Assembly (NCBI GenBank): GCA_050250895.1
Contig: JBFWNU010000001.1
Location: 1,384,008 to 1,448,007, forward strand
Origin: Vulcanimicrobiota bacterium
GTDB lineage: Bacteria > Vulcanimicrobiota > Xenobia > Xenobiales > JADMJV01
DNA length: 64,000 nt
Direction of reading: 5' to 3'
A program made the translations under genes and the position numbers. The notes under the pieces were generated by a model. It was not told where the DNA came from, made no database searches, and was given only the letters and a program-made list of their open reading frames with translations. This document shows, piece after piece, positions 9,816-20,042 of this stretch. The first letter of the stretch is position 1, and each line of letters opens with the position of its first letter.

Positions 9816-10573
9816 GGCCGGTCCAGCCAGCGCCGCACGATGAGGCTAAAAGTCTGGCGGATGGTCAGAGGAACGTTCATCTTGCTGCTGCTGAGTTTTT
9901 GGTCGTAGCGAAGCAACAGAGGCACTTCGGTCATTAAGGGCTGGCTTTCGCGGCGGCGCAACTTGAGCAAAATGTCGACCATGACCGTAAAGCCGCTTTC
10001 GGTGATGAACTGGCTCTTTTCGGCCGCAACCTCCTTAAGCAGGCCGGCTCGATAGGCACGATAGCCGCAGGTATAGTCCCGGACCCCTGGAATCGGAAAC
10101 AGAATCTGAAACAGCACCGAGGCTGCCGCGCTGAGAAAGCGGCGATAATAGCTCAGGCCGATGACCCGGGCCCCCGGACGAAAGCGCGAGGCGATGACGA
10201 CATCGAAGCCTTCATAGACCCGTCGCACCAGGTGCGGGATCAGTCCCGGAGTGTGGCTGTTGTCGCTGTCCATGGTCAAAATGACGTCACGGGGACTGGC
10301 CTTGTCGAGGCAATAGAAGAAGCCTGTCTTGACCGCTTCGGCCAGGCCGCGGTTCTGAGGGTGAGAGAGCAGCACGAACTCGACTCGCGGACTCGAGATG
10401 TCGGCAAAGGCCTGGCGGGCCGCCTCGGCCGTGTTGTCGCTCGAGCCATCGTCCACGACCGCAATGGTGAGGTGCAATCCGGGCAGAAATTCCTCGGCCG
10501 TCAGGGCGATGTCATGGAGCAGCGTCGCGATGCCGTCGCCCTCGTTGAAGGCTGGAAGAGCGATAAAGATCAC
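9812..10573 (-). CDS. GT2 glycosyltransferase (polyprenol-phosphate glycosyltransferase/DPM1-like)
   Basis: LPAFNE, VDDGSSDNT, NRGLA, MDSDNSH (DxD), ASRF, DYTCGYRAY. Confidence 0.92.
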   Translation of the reverse strand: MIFIALPAFNEGDGIATLLHDIALTAEEFLPGLHLTIAVVDDGSSDNTAEAARQAFADISSPRVEFVLLSHPQNRGLAEAVKTGFFYCLDKASPRDVILTMDSDNSHTPGLIPHLVRRVYEGFDVVIASRFRPGARVIGLSYYRRFLSAAASVLFQILFPIPGVRDYTCGYRAYRAGLLKEVAAEKSQFITESGFTVMVDILLKLRRRESQPLMTEVPLLLRYDQKLSSSKMNVPLTIRQTFSLIVRRWLDRP

Positions 10574-10659
10574 CTGGTCTGCTTCGCTTCGGGCTGGAAA
10601 TTACCCCTGCCGCGACCGGAGGCGCAGGATTCGACTTTTCCAGCTCAGAAGGCGTCCGG

Positions 10660-12132
10660 GTGAAACGGCTCCCCGTGGGTGTGCTTGCAGCCGTGGTGTT
10701 GGGGTTGCTCGCACGGGCGATGGCCAGTGTGGTCTGCGATGTCAGCGTCGATGAGGGCTTCACCTATTTCCTCTCGACTCTGCCTATCGACAGGCTCATG
10801 ACCGCTCTTCGGGGCGAAGCACATCCGCCCGGAATGTACCTGGTTACCAAGCTCTTGTCCGGTTTCACCCACTCTCAGTTCTGGCTGCGTTTGCCTTCGT
10901 TTTTGGCGGGTTGTCTCGCTCCGGTCTTTATCTATCTGCTGGGCAAAGAGATGGGGATGGAAGAAGAGTCGGTTTGGGTCGGGGCGGTGGTGGCGCTCAA
11001 CTGGCTGACCGTCATCGAAGAGGCCAAGATTCGCATGTACGGCCTGCTCGATTTGGGCTGCCTGGTGGCCATGGCGCTGTTCTTGAGAAGCGAGGAGCGC
11101 TGGCAGAAGGCGATTTTGCTGGTGGCCATCCTGATCTTGCCCTGGCTGCATCTTTTCGGATTTGGCCTGCTGGGGCTGATGTGCTTGCTGGCCCTCAAAC
11201 CGGATTGGGCCACCCGCTGGCAGCGCCTGGCCCTGGGCGCCAGCCTGCTGGCGGGCGGAGCCTGGTTGATGGTGGTGCTGCGAACCCGTCACACGGTGGG
11301 AAGCACCGATGCTTCAGTGGACCTGATGTCGAGCGGTCCGTCGGCCGCGGTGCTGAAGTTTCCTGGTGCGCTGGTGGGGCTCGAGGCGCTGGCCTGGGAG
11401 GCCGGTTGGGCCACCAGTGGAGCCTGGTCGGTCTTTTCCTGGCTGTTTAGTCTGCTGTTCTGGGCCGGGTGTCTGGCCGGGGCCGTGTGTCTCGGTCGCG
11501 AGCACCTGAAGGCTTCCTTGCTCTGCACCGGCTTTGCTCTGGTGCCGCCTTTGACGCTCGCTCTGTTTAGCCTTTGGGCCGGAGGACGCTTTGCCCAACA
11601 GCGCTACTTCGTGGTCTTCTTGCCGGTCTTACTCCTGCTCTTGTTCAAGGCGGTGGGCATGCGGGTAGCCCGGCCTCTGAGCGGGGCTCTGCTGGTGCTG
11701 AACGCGCTTTTGCTACTGGCGCTCCCCGTCAGTCCCGCCCTGCATGCCCAACATTGGCGCACGATCACCAGGTATCTGGAAGAGAACGCCCGCCCGGGGG
11801 ACAAGATCGTGGTCTACCATCCCTATGCTATTACCGCCATCGGCTTCTACTATCCCCACCAACAGACTCGCTTTCTGGCCGAGGATAGTTCGGGCGGGAC
11901 CTTCGTGTTCCCACCCGACGCGGCTCCTCTGATCCCGATCTATCCGCCTCAACTAACCGATAGCTTTCGCCAACGGCTGGGCGACTCGGTGGTCTACCTG
12001 GTGCTCAACCAGGAACTCTCGCCCGAAGTGAGGCAGTGGTTTGGGGAACGCTATTGGCTGGCCGACTCTTATGAGCAGGTTTCGATTCATTCCATGGGCA
12101 ACGTCTCGCTCTATAAACTGCTCCCGCGCTAG
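10660..12132 (+). CDS. GT-C (ArnT/PMT, GT39/83-like) multi-pass membrane glycosyltransferase
   Basis: DE motif after TM1 (SVDEGFT), HPP, LRLPS, RMY, RY motifs, many TM helices, soluble C-terminal domain. Confidence 0.82.
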   Translation: MKRLPVGVLAAVVLGLLARAMASVVCDVSVDEGFTYFLSTLPIDRLMTALRGEAHPPGMYLVTKLLSGFTHSQFWLRLPSFLAGCLAPVFIYLLGKEMGMEEESVWVGAVVALNWLTVIEEAKIRMYGLLDLGCLVAMALFLRSEERWQKAILLVAILILPWLHLFGFGLLGLMCLLALKPDWATRWQRLALGASLLAGGAWLMVVLRTRHTVGSTDASVDLMSSGPSAAVLKFPGALVGLEALAWEAGWATSGAWSVFSWLFSLLFWAGCLAGAVCLGREHLKASLLCTGFALVPPLTLALFSLWAGGRFAQQRYFVVFLPVLLLLLFKAVGMRVARPLSGALLVLNALLLLALPVSPALHAQHWRTITRYLEENARPGDKIVVYHPYAITAIGFYYPHQQTRFLAEDSSGGTFVFPPDAAPLIPIYPPQLTDSFRQRLGDSVVYLVLNQELSPEVRQWFGERYWLADSYEQVSIHSMGNVSLYKLLPR

Positions 12133-12207
12133 TCGCATCGGGAGGCCCTTGCCTGAAAGTTCGAGAAGTAGGTTGCGATGGGACGACCTCGAGGAGTGTG
12201 AAACCTA

Positions 12208-12903
12208 CTGCTACCGGAACGAGCATTACAACGGTTCTCAGGTAAATTACCCCTGTTTCCCCTTCCCAACGTTGTTTTTTTCCCTGGAACCAAGCTGCCT
12301 TTACACGTCTTCGAGCCTCGCTATCGGCTCATGTTGATGGATGCCTATCGGGGCGAGAAGATGATCGGGATCGTTCTGCTCAAGGAGGGTTGGGACGAAG
12401 ACTACTTCGGCACCCCTCCGATCCATAAGATTGCCTGTATGGGCAAGCTTACCCGGGTCGAGCGCCTACCTAGCGGGCGCTTCAACATCCAACTGTTCGG
12501 GCTTTGTCGCGTTCGCATCGAGCGCGAGTTAGAGACCGACAAACCGTATCGCGAAGCCGAAGTCAAGGTGCTGCCCGACAGCCTCGACGAGATCGCTCAG
12601 GTTCGCTCGCAGTCGCTTCTAGAAGAGGCTTTCGGTTCGCTGAATCGGCTCTTGAGAGGGCACTCCAACTTTCCCGGAGAGTTCATCACCCGCCATCCCG
12701 ATCTGCCCATCGGCCTGTTGCTGGATGTGCTGGCCCACCACGTGCCGTCGGACCCGGCCATCAAGCAGACTTTCCTCGAAGAGAGCGATGTGTTCCGACG
12801 GGGTCGCCTGGTGATCGATACGCTCGAAGCCATCCAGGACGGTCTGCGAGCGGGTAATGGTTCTTTCGAGTTTTCCCTATTTCCCAGTCCCAGTCAAAAC
12901 TAG
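12208..12903 (+). CDS. Stand-alone Lon protease substrate-binding (Lon N) domain protein; start uncertain
   Basis: In-frame extension upstream of the ORF-track start gives LPLFPLPNVVFFPGTKLPLHVFEPRYRLM, the Lon-N signature; no ATG/GTG/TTG between in-frame TGA (12199) and this motif; CTG 12208 used provisionally. Confidence 0.8.
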   Translation: MLPERALQRFSGKLPLFPLPNVVFFPGTKLPLHVFEPRYRLMLMDAYRGEKMIGIVLLKEGWDEDYFGTPPIHKIACMGKLTRVERLPSGRFNIQLFGLCRVRIERELETDKPYREAEVKVLPDSLDEIAQVRSQSLLEEAFGSLNRLLRGHSNFPGEFITRHPDLPIGLLLDVLAHHVPSDPAIKQTFLEESDVFRRGRLVIDTLEAIQDGLRAGNGSFEFSLFPSPSQN

Positions 12904-12918
12904 GTTGAGGAGGGTCCC

Positions 12919-14385
12919 ATGGCGACCTTGTTGAGGAACTTCATTGGCGACGAGTGGCTCGAGGTGGGGGGCGATACGCTCGAGGTGGTCAACCCGGCCA
13001 CGGGCGATGCCCTGGCTCAGGTGCCCCTGTCTGGCAAGGCTCAGGCCGAACAAGCTGTAGATGCTGCCGCCAGCGCTTTGAGTTCGTGGGCAGCCACCCC
13101 GGTGACCGAGCGGATCCAGGTTCTCTTTCGACTAAAGGCCCTGCTGGAAGACGCCTTCGACGATATGGCTCGCATCATCACCGAAGAATGCGGCAAGACC
13201 CTGGCCGAGTCCAAAGGCGAATTGCGGCGCGGCATCGAGAACGTGGAAGTGGCTTGCGGTGCTCCCATCCTCATGCAGGGGCAGACCAACGAGGATATCG
13301 CCCGCGGCATTGACGAGCTGATGTTTCGCCAGCCGGTCGGGGTGTGCGCCATCATTACCCCCTTCAATTTTCCGGCCATGATTCCGTTCTGGTTTCTCCC
13401 TTACGCGGTAGCTTGCGGCAATACCGTGGTTTTCAAGCCGTCCGAGAAGGTACCCCGGACAGGCAGCCGGATCGTCGAACTCTTCCTGCAAGCCGGGCTC
13501 CCCGGGGGGGTGATCAATCTGGTCCACGGCGGGGTCGAAGCGGTCGAAGCCCTGCTTGACCACCCGTCCGTCAAAGCCGTGAGTTTCGTGGGCTCGACGC
13601 CGGTGGCGCGGGCCATCTACGCCCGCGCCTCGGCTCAAGGCAAGCGCGTGCAGGCCCAGGGGGGGGCCAAGAATCCGATCATCATTTTGCCGGATGCCGA
13701 TGTCGAGATGACCACCCAGATCGTGGTCGACTCTGCGTTTGGTTGTGCCGGCCAGCGTTGTCTGGCAGCTTCGATGGCCATCACGGTGGGGGCCGCCGAG
13801 AAGACCTTCTCCGAGGCTTTGCTCGAGTCGGCCCGAGGCCGGGTGGTGGGCAACGGCCTGGACCCGGGGGTTCAGATGGGCCCCGTCATCAATCACCAGA
13901 GTCGTCAGCGCATTGAAGGTCTGGTCGAAGAGGGGGTCAAGGCTGGCGCCCGCCTGGTGCTCGACGGCCGGGGCCAGGTGAAGGGGCACGAGCGAGGTAG
14001 CTTTCTCAAACCGACCATCCTGAGCGGACTGAGCCCGGACAGTCAACTGATCGGCACCGAGATCTTCGGGCCGGTATTGACGCTGCTGCACTTTGACGAC
14101 ATCGACCAGGTGATCGAATTCGTCAACTCGGGGCGTTACGGCAACATGGCGTGTCTTTTCACCAGCAGCGGCGCCAACGCGCGCAAATTTCGCAACCGCG
14201 CGGTAGTGGGCAACATCGGCATCAACATCGGCGTGGCTGCGCCCATGGCGTTTTTCCCCTTTAGTGGGTGGAAAGACAGCTTCTTTGGGGACCTGCATGC
14301 CCAGGGGCGCCACGGGATCGAATTCTTCACGCAGACCAAGGTCGTGGTCGAGCGATGGCCCTCGGAATGGTCGCGTAAGTTCTAA
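12919..14385 (+). CDS. mmsA: CoA-acylating methylmalonate-semialdehyde dehydrogenase
   Basis: [57 protein letters not shown]. Confidence 0.93.
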   Translation: MATLLRNFIGDEWLEVGGDTLEVVNPATGDALAQVPLSGKAQAEQAVDAAASALSSWAATPVTERIQVLFRLKALLEDAFDDMARIITEECGKTLAESKGELRRGIENVEVACGAPILMQGQTNEDIARGIDELMFRQPVGVCAIITPFNFPAMIPFWFLPYAVACGNTVVFKPSEKVPRTGSRIVELFLQAGLPGGVINLVHGGVEAVEALLDHPSVKAVSFVGSTPVARAIYARASAQGKRVQAQGGAKNPIIILPDADVEMTTQIVVDSAFGCAGQRCLAASMAITVGAAEKTFSEALLESARGRVVGNGLDPGVQMGPVINHQSRQRIEGLVEEGVKAGARLVLDGRGQVKGHERGSFLKPTILSGLSPDSQLIGTEIFGPVLTLLHFDDIDQVIEFVNSGRYGNMACLFTSSGANARKFRNRAVVGNIGINIGVAAPMAFFPFSGWKDSFFGDLHAQGRHGIEFFTQTKVVVERWPSEWSRKF

Positions 14386-15239
14386 ACGTTGAAGTCTAGT
14401 TTATCGGCGCAAGTCTTGCGAAATTCGCGGTTGAGTCGCAGGGCTTCGATGAGTTTGTCGTTGGCCGCTCGCATGACTTGCATGATATCGTCGAGGGCGT
14501 CGTAGAGTTCGTTTTCGACATGCTCGATCATGTGCTCGACAGCCACTTCCCACTCATTGATCCCCTCCATCACCTTGCCCATCTCGTCGGGCGACCACTC
14601 GATGTAGTTGGTGAATTCGGCGAAGTCGAGAATGCGATCCGATCGGGTTCGCATGTTCTCGTGCATCATGACCAGAAAGTCGAGGTATTCGTCACCGCTC
14701 CACTCGCCGTGGCTGAATTTGTCGAGAGCGTTCTCGAATTTCTTGAGGGTGACGTTGATGCTGCCTGGCGCGTATTGAACCTCGTCTTCGACTTTGGCCA
14801 TCTTGGGTAGGCGGGCCCCGCAGTTGGTGCAGACGGCCTCGGTCATGGGGTTCTGGCTACCGCACTTGGTGCAGACCTTGCGGGGAATGTCGTCGTTGTT
14901 GGCGCCTTTTTCGTCTTGAAAATCGAAGGGGGTCTCTTCTTCAGGTTGGTGCTCGAGATCGCTTTCGGTGACGAATTGATTGCGGGCCCGGCGCAGGCTG
15001 GCGACTCGATGATCGCCTCCGTCGTCGGGCTCTTCGGCCTGGGATTCGGGCTCCTGCACCGGCTCGGCCTCTGCCTCGAACTCCTCTGCCTCTTCACCCT
15101 CGAACTCTTCGTCTGCGTCTGGCCGGGGGGCCTTCGGCTCGGAGACTTTCAGGCTCTCTTCGGTGACATACTTTTTTTGCATCGCCTTGAGACGACTAAA
15201 GCGCGGGTCCTGCGGCTCAATGGCTTCGTCGGTAGCCAA
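14382..15239 (-). CDS. Acidic zinc-ribbon domain protein
   Basis: CTKCG-x9-CTNCG zinc ribbon between an acidic N-terminus and a helical C-terminal domain. Confidence 0.75.
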   Translation of the reverse strand: MATDEAIEPQDPRFSRLKAMQKKYVTEESLKVSEPKAPRPDADEEFEGEEAEEFEAEAEPVQEPESQAEEPDDGGDHRVASLRRARNQFVTESDLEHQPEEETPFDFQDEKGANNDDIPRKVCTKCGSQNPMTEAVCTNCGARLPKMAKVEDEVQYAPGSINVTLKKFENALDKFSHGEWSGDEYLDFLVMMHENMRTRSDRILDFAEFTNYIEWSPDEMGKVMEGINEWEVAVEHMIEHVENELYDALDDIMQVMRAANDKLIEALRLNREFRKTCADKLDFNV

Positions 15240-15299
15240 CTTCGATACCTAACTCCTGTCTTGGTTGCAATCCTTCGGGGCCTGAGGACAATCCCCCCC

Positions 15300-16664
15300 A
15301 TGCTTCTCGGATTGGGTCGAAAGCCCCTACGAGTTCGAGGGGCGATCCGCCACCATGGAAATGAATTGATCGGCCAGGCACGAAGACAAGACCCGTTGGC
15401 TATCGAGGACTTGACCCAGAGGTGGCGCACCGCGCGGGCGGGCGTTGGCATGCTCAACCCCGTCTATTTCTCGGTCGGAGTGCGCTGGTTGGCCTGGTTG
15501 GTGGCTCTGGGCATCTATCTGTTGCGAACGGCCCCAGATGATGCGCTCGAATACGCCCCGGCGGTGCTGGGCGTGACCGGGTTTCAACTGTTGGTGATGA
15601 CGCTCTACCTACCGGTGCTGGGACCTCGCTATCGCCATCTGCTCGAGAGTGTCGGTTTGTTGCGCTGGTGCGAAGACAACCCCGTCCTGCCGGTGCTTGA
15701 CGTCTGTCTCGGACTGGGCGCCGTCTACTTTACCGGCGGCTGGGACAGCCCGTTCTATCATTTTGCTCTGACCACCGTATTGGCTCCCTCGCTCAAATAC
15801 GGTTTTCGCGGGGCTGTGCTGGCCAGCGGCGGCTTTCTGGTGGGCTATCTGTGGGTGATCACCCACTCGGGCGACGGCTGGTCGGCCATCTACGACCACC
15901 AGGGTCGCCTGGAGCCGGGCTTTGTCTCGGCTCCCTTCAATCCCCTGATGATTTCATTTTTTGCTGCTCTGCTGGCCGAGGTGCTCGAGCGCCTGCGCCT
16001 CGAGAAAGAGAAGGGTGCCAGGCTGGCGGCCCGAGAGGAGCGCAGTCGATTGGCCCGGGAGATTCACGATGGGGTGGCCCAGACGCTGTTCATGGTCAAT
16101 CTCTCGCTCGAGAACAGTCTGGCGCTGGCCGAGCGCGAGCAGGCCACCCGCACCCACCAGCAACTCGAGCAGCTTTTGCCGGTCTCGCGCCAGGCCTTGC
16201 TCGAGATCCGCAACTCGATGTTCGACCTGGGGCCGTTGCTCGAGGGCGAGCAGCCGCTGGCAGCGGCTCTCAGCGGCCTGGTTCGAGAGTTCAAGGCCGT
16301 CAGCCGGATGGAGGTCAACTTCCAATGTGAGGGCAGCGAGCCAGCCATGGCGGTGGCGGTCCGCGTCGCTCTCTACCGCGTTTGTCAGGAGGGCCTGGCC
16401 AATGCTTGTAAACACTCGGGGGCCCACGAAGTTGAGCTGAGACTGGCGTTCCAGGAGGCGGGTCTGGTGGCGCGACTGGAAGACGATGGCTGCGGATTTG
16501 AGCCCGACCAGGGGCGCGGCCACGGTTTGGGAAACATGCGCTCGAGAGTTCAGGAAGTGGGGGGAAGTCTCGAGCTCGAATCCCGGCCCGGAGAGGGCAC
16601 GCGCCTTACCGTGATGCTCCCCTATGAAAGGAGTCAAAATGATTCGACTGTTGATCGTAGATGA
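15300..16664 (+). CDS. Membrane sensor histidine kinase (HisKA_3, NarX/DesK class)
   Basis: ERSRLAREIHDGVAQ H-box, QEGLANACKHS N-box, DDGCGF, GHGLGNM, GEGT; several TM helices; start approximate. Confidence 0.92.
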   Translation: MLLGLGRKPLRVRGAIRHHGNELIGQARRQDPLAIEDLTQRWRTARAGVGMLNPVYFSVGVRWLAWLVALGIYLLRTAPDDALEYAPAVLGVTGFQLLVMTLYLPVLGPRYRHLLESVGLLRWCEDNPVLPVLDVCLGLGAVYFTGGWDSPFYHFALTTVLAPSLKYGFRGAVLASGGFLVGYLWVITHSGDGWSAIYDHQGRLEPGFVSAPFNPLMISFFAALLAEVLERLRLEKEKGARLAAREERSRLAREIHDGVAQTLFMVNLSLENSLALAEREQATRTHQQLEQLLPVSRQALLEIRNSMFDLGPLLEGEQPLAAALSGLVREFKAVSRMEVNFQCEGSEPAMAVAVRVALYRVCQEGLANACKHSGAHEVELRLAFQEAGLVARLEDDGCGFEPDQGRGHGLGNMRSRVQEVGGSLELESRPGEGTRLTVMLPYERSQNDSTVDRR

Positions 16665-17274
16665 TCACGACCTGGTCCGCAGCGGCCTGCGTGGCACTAT
16701 CGAGTTGGAGGACGACTTCGAGGTGGTGGGCGAGGCGGCCAGCGGAGAAGAGGCCCTGGCCCGTCTGGAGGCGGGCCCCGTGGATGTGGTCCTGATGGAT
16801 GTCATGATGCCTGGAATGGGCGGCATTGCCGCCTGTCGCGAGGTCGGCTCGCGAGCCCGCGTTTTGATGCTGACGTCATCTTCTGACGACGAAGCGGTGA
16901 TGTCGTCGCTGATTGCCGGGGCGGCCGGTTACCTCCTCAAGAATGTGGGGCGCGACGAGATCGTGCGCTCGATTCGGCTGGTAGCCGAAGGAAAAACGAC
17001 CCTGGACCCGGCCGTCACCGAGAAGGTCACGGCCCGTCTGGTGGAACTGGTCAGTGGCCGGGCCGCCGCCGAAGAATCGGGACCTCTATCGGGCCGCGAG
17101 ATCGAAGTCGTCGAGCTGGTGGCCCGGGGAATGACCAACCGCCAGATCGCCGAGCAGCTGGTCATTGCCGAGAAGACGGCGCGCAATCACGTCAGTCGCA
17201 TTCTCGAGAAGCTGGGTCTCACCCGCCGCAGTCAGGCGGCTGCCTGGGCCATGCGCCAGGGGCTGGTAGATTAA
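16639..17274 (+). CDS. NarL/LuxR family response regulator
   Basis: IVDDH, LMDVMMP, YLLK receiver; LSGREIEV..GMTNRQIA..KTARNHVSRILEKLG HTH; SD AAGGAG. Confidence 0.95.
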   Translation: MIRLLIVDDHDLVRSGLRGTIELEDDFEVVGEAASGEEALARLEAGPVDVVLMDVMMPGMGGIAACREVGSRARVLMLTSSSDDEAVMSSLIAGAAGYLLKNVGRDEIVRSIRLVAEGKTTLDPAVTEKVTARLVELVSGRAAAEESGPLSGREIEVVELVARGMTNRQIAEQLVIAEKTARNHVSRILEKLGLTRRSQAAAWAMRQGLVD

Positions 17275-17316
17275 GCCCAAGCTCTGCACGTTTACGGCGG
17301 CGCTAGGCGCGGCAGC

Positions 17317-18276
17317 TCAGGCTCGGGCGCAGATGACGGTGGGGCTGCCGTGGTCGGAGCGGGGGAAGAAGGCGACCTCTTCCAGCCCGGCCTCACGACA
17401 CCACTGGCGGATCTGATCCATGGTCAGGCTGTTGAGGGCCCCGGCGGCCAGAAACATGTGATAGAAGAACCGCTCACCCATGCGAAGCCGCGAGGCCGAG
17501 TCTCCGCTCTCGTGCACCTCGGCTTCCGAGCTGATCACCAGCAGTCCGCCGGGGCGCAAGCAAGCGGCCGCTCGGGCGACTGCGCGTTCCGGGTTTTCGC
17601 ACTCCGACAGCGAGCGGTGAAAGACGGCCAGGTCGAAGCGATTTTCATAGCGGGATTCTTCAGCGCTGCCCACCACGATCACGGCCTTGGTGGCCCGCTC
17701 GGCTTCGCGGGCGCATTCGTAATCGAGTTCAATCCCCGTCAACTCGAGTTCGGGATAATACTCACGCAAGAGCTCGAGGCCGCAGCCGGTGCCGCAGCCG
17801 AACTCGATCAGGCGGCCTCCGGCGGTGAGTTTCTCGAGCAGCTGAGGCACTTGCTGGACCAGTTCGTTCCACAGCCATTGGTATGAAGTGTGCAGGCCGT
17901 CTCGCAGCAGCATGCGCAGGGAGAGGTTGGGCTCGGGAAAGGCTTTGCCTTCGAAGACGGCCCCCATGCTCTCGAAAACTCGCTGAGAAACGCGCACATA
18001 AGTGGTGGCCCAGGCCCCGGTCCTGGGCAGCCATTCGGCGCAGCTCTCGCTGAGGCGGTAGCCTTCCTGTTCGTCACCGCTCAGAAATTCGAAAGAGCGC
18101 GCCGCCTGACACCAGACGCGGGTGTAGGCGGGCTCGTAGCCCAGGTTCTCGGCTAGTTCTTCGGGGCGCAATGTCTGTTCGCGCAGCCCCTCGAAAAGCC
18201 GCAGTTCTCGACCCACGTGGAGCAGCCAGGTGGCCCAGAATCCTTCGAAGTAAGTGCGCATCTGTAGGGTTTGCAT
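17317..18276 (-). CDS. Class I SAM methyltransferase with N-terminal winged-helix-like domain
   Basis: VGRELRLFE..EELAENLG..YTRVWC N-domain; LIEFGCGTG motif I; LRPGG; TGATG coupling to upstream gene. Confidence 0.85.
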   Translation of the reverse strand: MQTLQMRTYFEGFWATWLLHVGRELRLFEGLREQTLRPEELAENLGYEPAYTRVWCQAARSFEFLSGDEQEGYRLSESCAEWLPRTGAWATTYVRVSQRVFESMGAVFEGKAFPEPNLSLRMLLRDGLHTSYQWLWNELVQQVPQLLEKLTAGGRLIEFGCGTGCGLELLREYYPELELTGIELDYECAREAERATKAVIVVGSAEESRYENRFDLAVFHRSLSECENPERAVARAAACLRPGGLLVISSEAEVHESGDSASRLRMGERFFYHMFLAAGALNSLTMDQIRQWCREAGLEEVAFFPRSDHGSPTVICARA

Positions 18277-20036
18277 CAACTGCCTTTCAGTGTTTCGGCG
18301 GCCAGGTGCTGCAATTCGCCGGCCGGGATTTCGAGGTCTTCTAGCACCGCCGTCATCCAGGCTTTGACCTCTCGCCGGCGCTGGTCGGGGTCGGCCGAGA
18401 GCGGAAAGGCGGTTCGGAAGATCCACGATTCCAGTTCGATACGGGCGACCGTCAACCTGGCCAGGAAAAGGGCCGACTCATCCCGTTTCCACTCGGCCAC
18501 GGGGGCCATGCCCAGCCCTACCGGCAGGTTCTCGAACCAGCGCTTTTCCAGGCCACCCCGGGCTAGAATCGCGCGCCGAAGGGCGGCCGCTTCGGGGCCC
18601 ACGTCGCCTCGATCGATGGTGCCCGGGTGCAGGGCTTTGAGCCAATTTCGGCAGCCTCTCTCGAGCCAGCTCCTGACCGTCTCGGGAGAGGCCGTGCGCT
18701 CGAAAAACTGGGCGTAGACCAGGCCCGCCAGACGGTCTTGCTCGCGCAGCAAGAAGCGTTCCAGGGCGATGCGAGCGGCGTCGAGCTGGTCGACGAGCTG
18801 AGTTTGCTCGTCGATCGGCGGGATGCGGACCATCCCGAAGGCGGCAGGCAGCAACCGGCCCAGAAAGTTTCTCGGACTATGGCTGTCGATCTCGGCCAAC
18901 ACCTGGATCAGGCGAGCGGTGCTGCCCTCGTGGGGGGCGTGCAGGGCCCAGGGGGGCAACTGCTCGAGCCATCGCGACAGGTCGTGGTGGGCCCTTTGCC
19001 ACAGGTCGAGGGAGGGAGGATAAGCGTTGGGACGACCGGCTCCAAACAGGCGCGTGAGGCTGAGCAGAAAGACCTGCTCGTTGCGTTCGGCGTAGCGGTA
19101 TTTCAGGCGCCATCGCTCGGGTTCGCGCCAGGCGGTTTCGAAGCTGGTCAAGCCAAGACCCATCGAGCGCTGGGGGCTGACCAGATGGAGATCCAACACG
19201 TGGCATCCCAGGGCCAAGCAGAGATAGAGCTTGGCCCACGGCCCTCTCAACCCCCTGGGGGGCTCGGCCAACCAGTCGAGGGTCTGGCGTAGCGTCGGTC
19301 CGGGAGCCTCTCCTGTGTAGTCGCCATAGAGCCAGCCAAGCAGTTCTGCCAGCAGCCGTTGATCGGGTTCCGCCGAGAGGCTCTCGCGGGTCACCCGATA
19401 GACTCCGTAGCTGCCGTGGTCTTCGAGCTCGTCCATCAGGCCAGCGCTGAGCAGTTGCGAGAGAGGCTCTTCGCCCCAGCCCGGTTTAGGCAGGGCTAGC
19501 TTCGAACCCAGATCCAGCAGTTCGCGGCACGACAACAGTAGACGCCGACGACCCGCTCGGGGCAGGTGCAGCGGGGTGTCCGAATAGACCTGTTCGAGCA
19601 GGTGGCTCAAAAATTCGGCGCTGCCGGCTCTCGAAGCGGCTTTGATGGGTCGACCGCGATAGAACCAGCGAAAATTGGCCGGCACCAGCTCCTGACGAAT
19701 CTGGGCCCGAACGGCAGCCAGTTCAGCCGGTAACGGGTCCGGGGGCAGGGCGTCCAGTAGCCGGCCGAGGCCTAGCGGTGCCACGGGTATACCCAGAGCC
19801 ACCTTGGGACCGCTCAGCTCGATGAGCCGTTCTAAATGGGGCATCTCTTCGCGGCGGGTCACGATCAATTGGGCCAGCAATAAATCGTCGTCGGGTGGAC
19901 AAGGGGGTAGCTCGTGGCCGACCTGAAGAAAAGAGCGGCGCACCTTGCGGGCTAGCCCAAAGCGACGGCGATAGGCGGTGGGTCGGGTGGGGCGAGGCGA
20001 GAAGAGACGTTCTAGTCGCTCGAGCAGAGAATCCAT
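18276..20036 (-). CDS. Hypothetical protein resembling the non-ATPase C-terminal half of SspC/BrxC-type proteins
   Basis: 586-aa ORF in operon; VYSDTP, LAEPPRGL, LPPWA, LLPAAFG segments; no Walker A. Confidence 0.6.
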   Translation of the reverse strand: MDSLLERLERLFSPRPTRPTAYRRRFGLARKVRRSFLQVGHELPPCPPDDDLLLAQLIVTRREEMPHLERLIELSGPKVALGIPVAPLGLGRLLDALPPDPLPAELAAVRAQIRQELVPANFRWFYRGRPIKAASRAGSAEFLSHLLEQVYSDTPLHLPRAGRRRLLLSCRELLDLGSKLALPKPGWGEEPLSQLLSAGLMDELEDHGSYGVYRVTRESLSAEPDQRLLAELLGWLYGDYTGEAPGPTLRQTLDWLAEPPRGLRGPWAKLYLCLALGCHVLDLHLVSPQRSMGLGLTSFETAWREPERWRLKYRYAERNEQVFLLSLTRLFGAGRPNAYPPSLDLWQRAHHDLSRWLEQLPPWALHAPHEGSTARLIQVLAEIDSHSPRNFLGRLLPAAFGMVRIPPIDEQTQLVDQLDAARIALERFLLREQDRLAGLVYAQFFERTASPETVRSWLERGCRNWLKALHPGTIDRGDVGPEAAALRRAILARGGLEKRWFENLPVGLGMAPVAEWKRDESALFLARLTVARIELESWIFRTAFPLSADPDQRRREVKAWMTAVLEDLEIPAGELQHLAAETLKGS

Positions 20037-20042
20037 AGAAAA

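Noticed and set aside
12199-12201. In-frame TGA as selenocysteine
   Set aside because: Lies in a non-conserved N-terminal stretch rather than at a Cys-equivalent site, and I see no convincing SECIS hairpin directly downstream
17317-18276. DNA methyltransferase of a defence system
   Set aside because: No DPPY/NPPY or PCQ motif; the architecture is that of small-molecule class I methyltransferases
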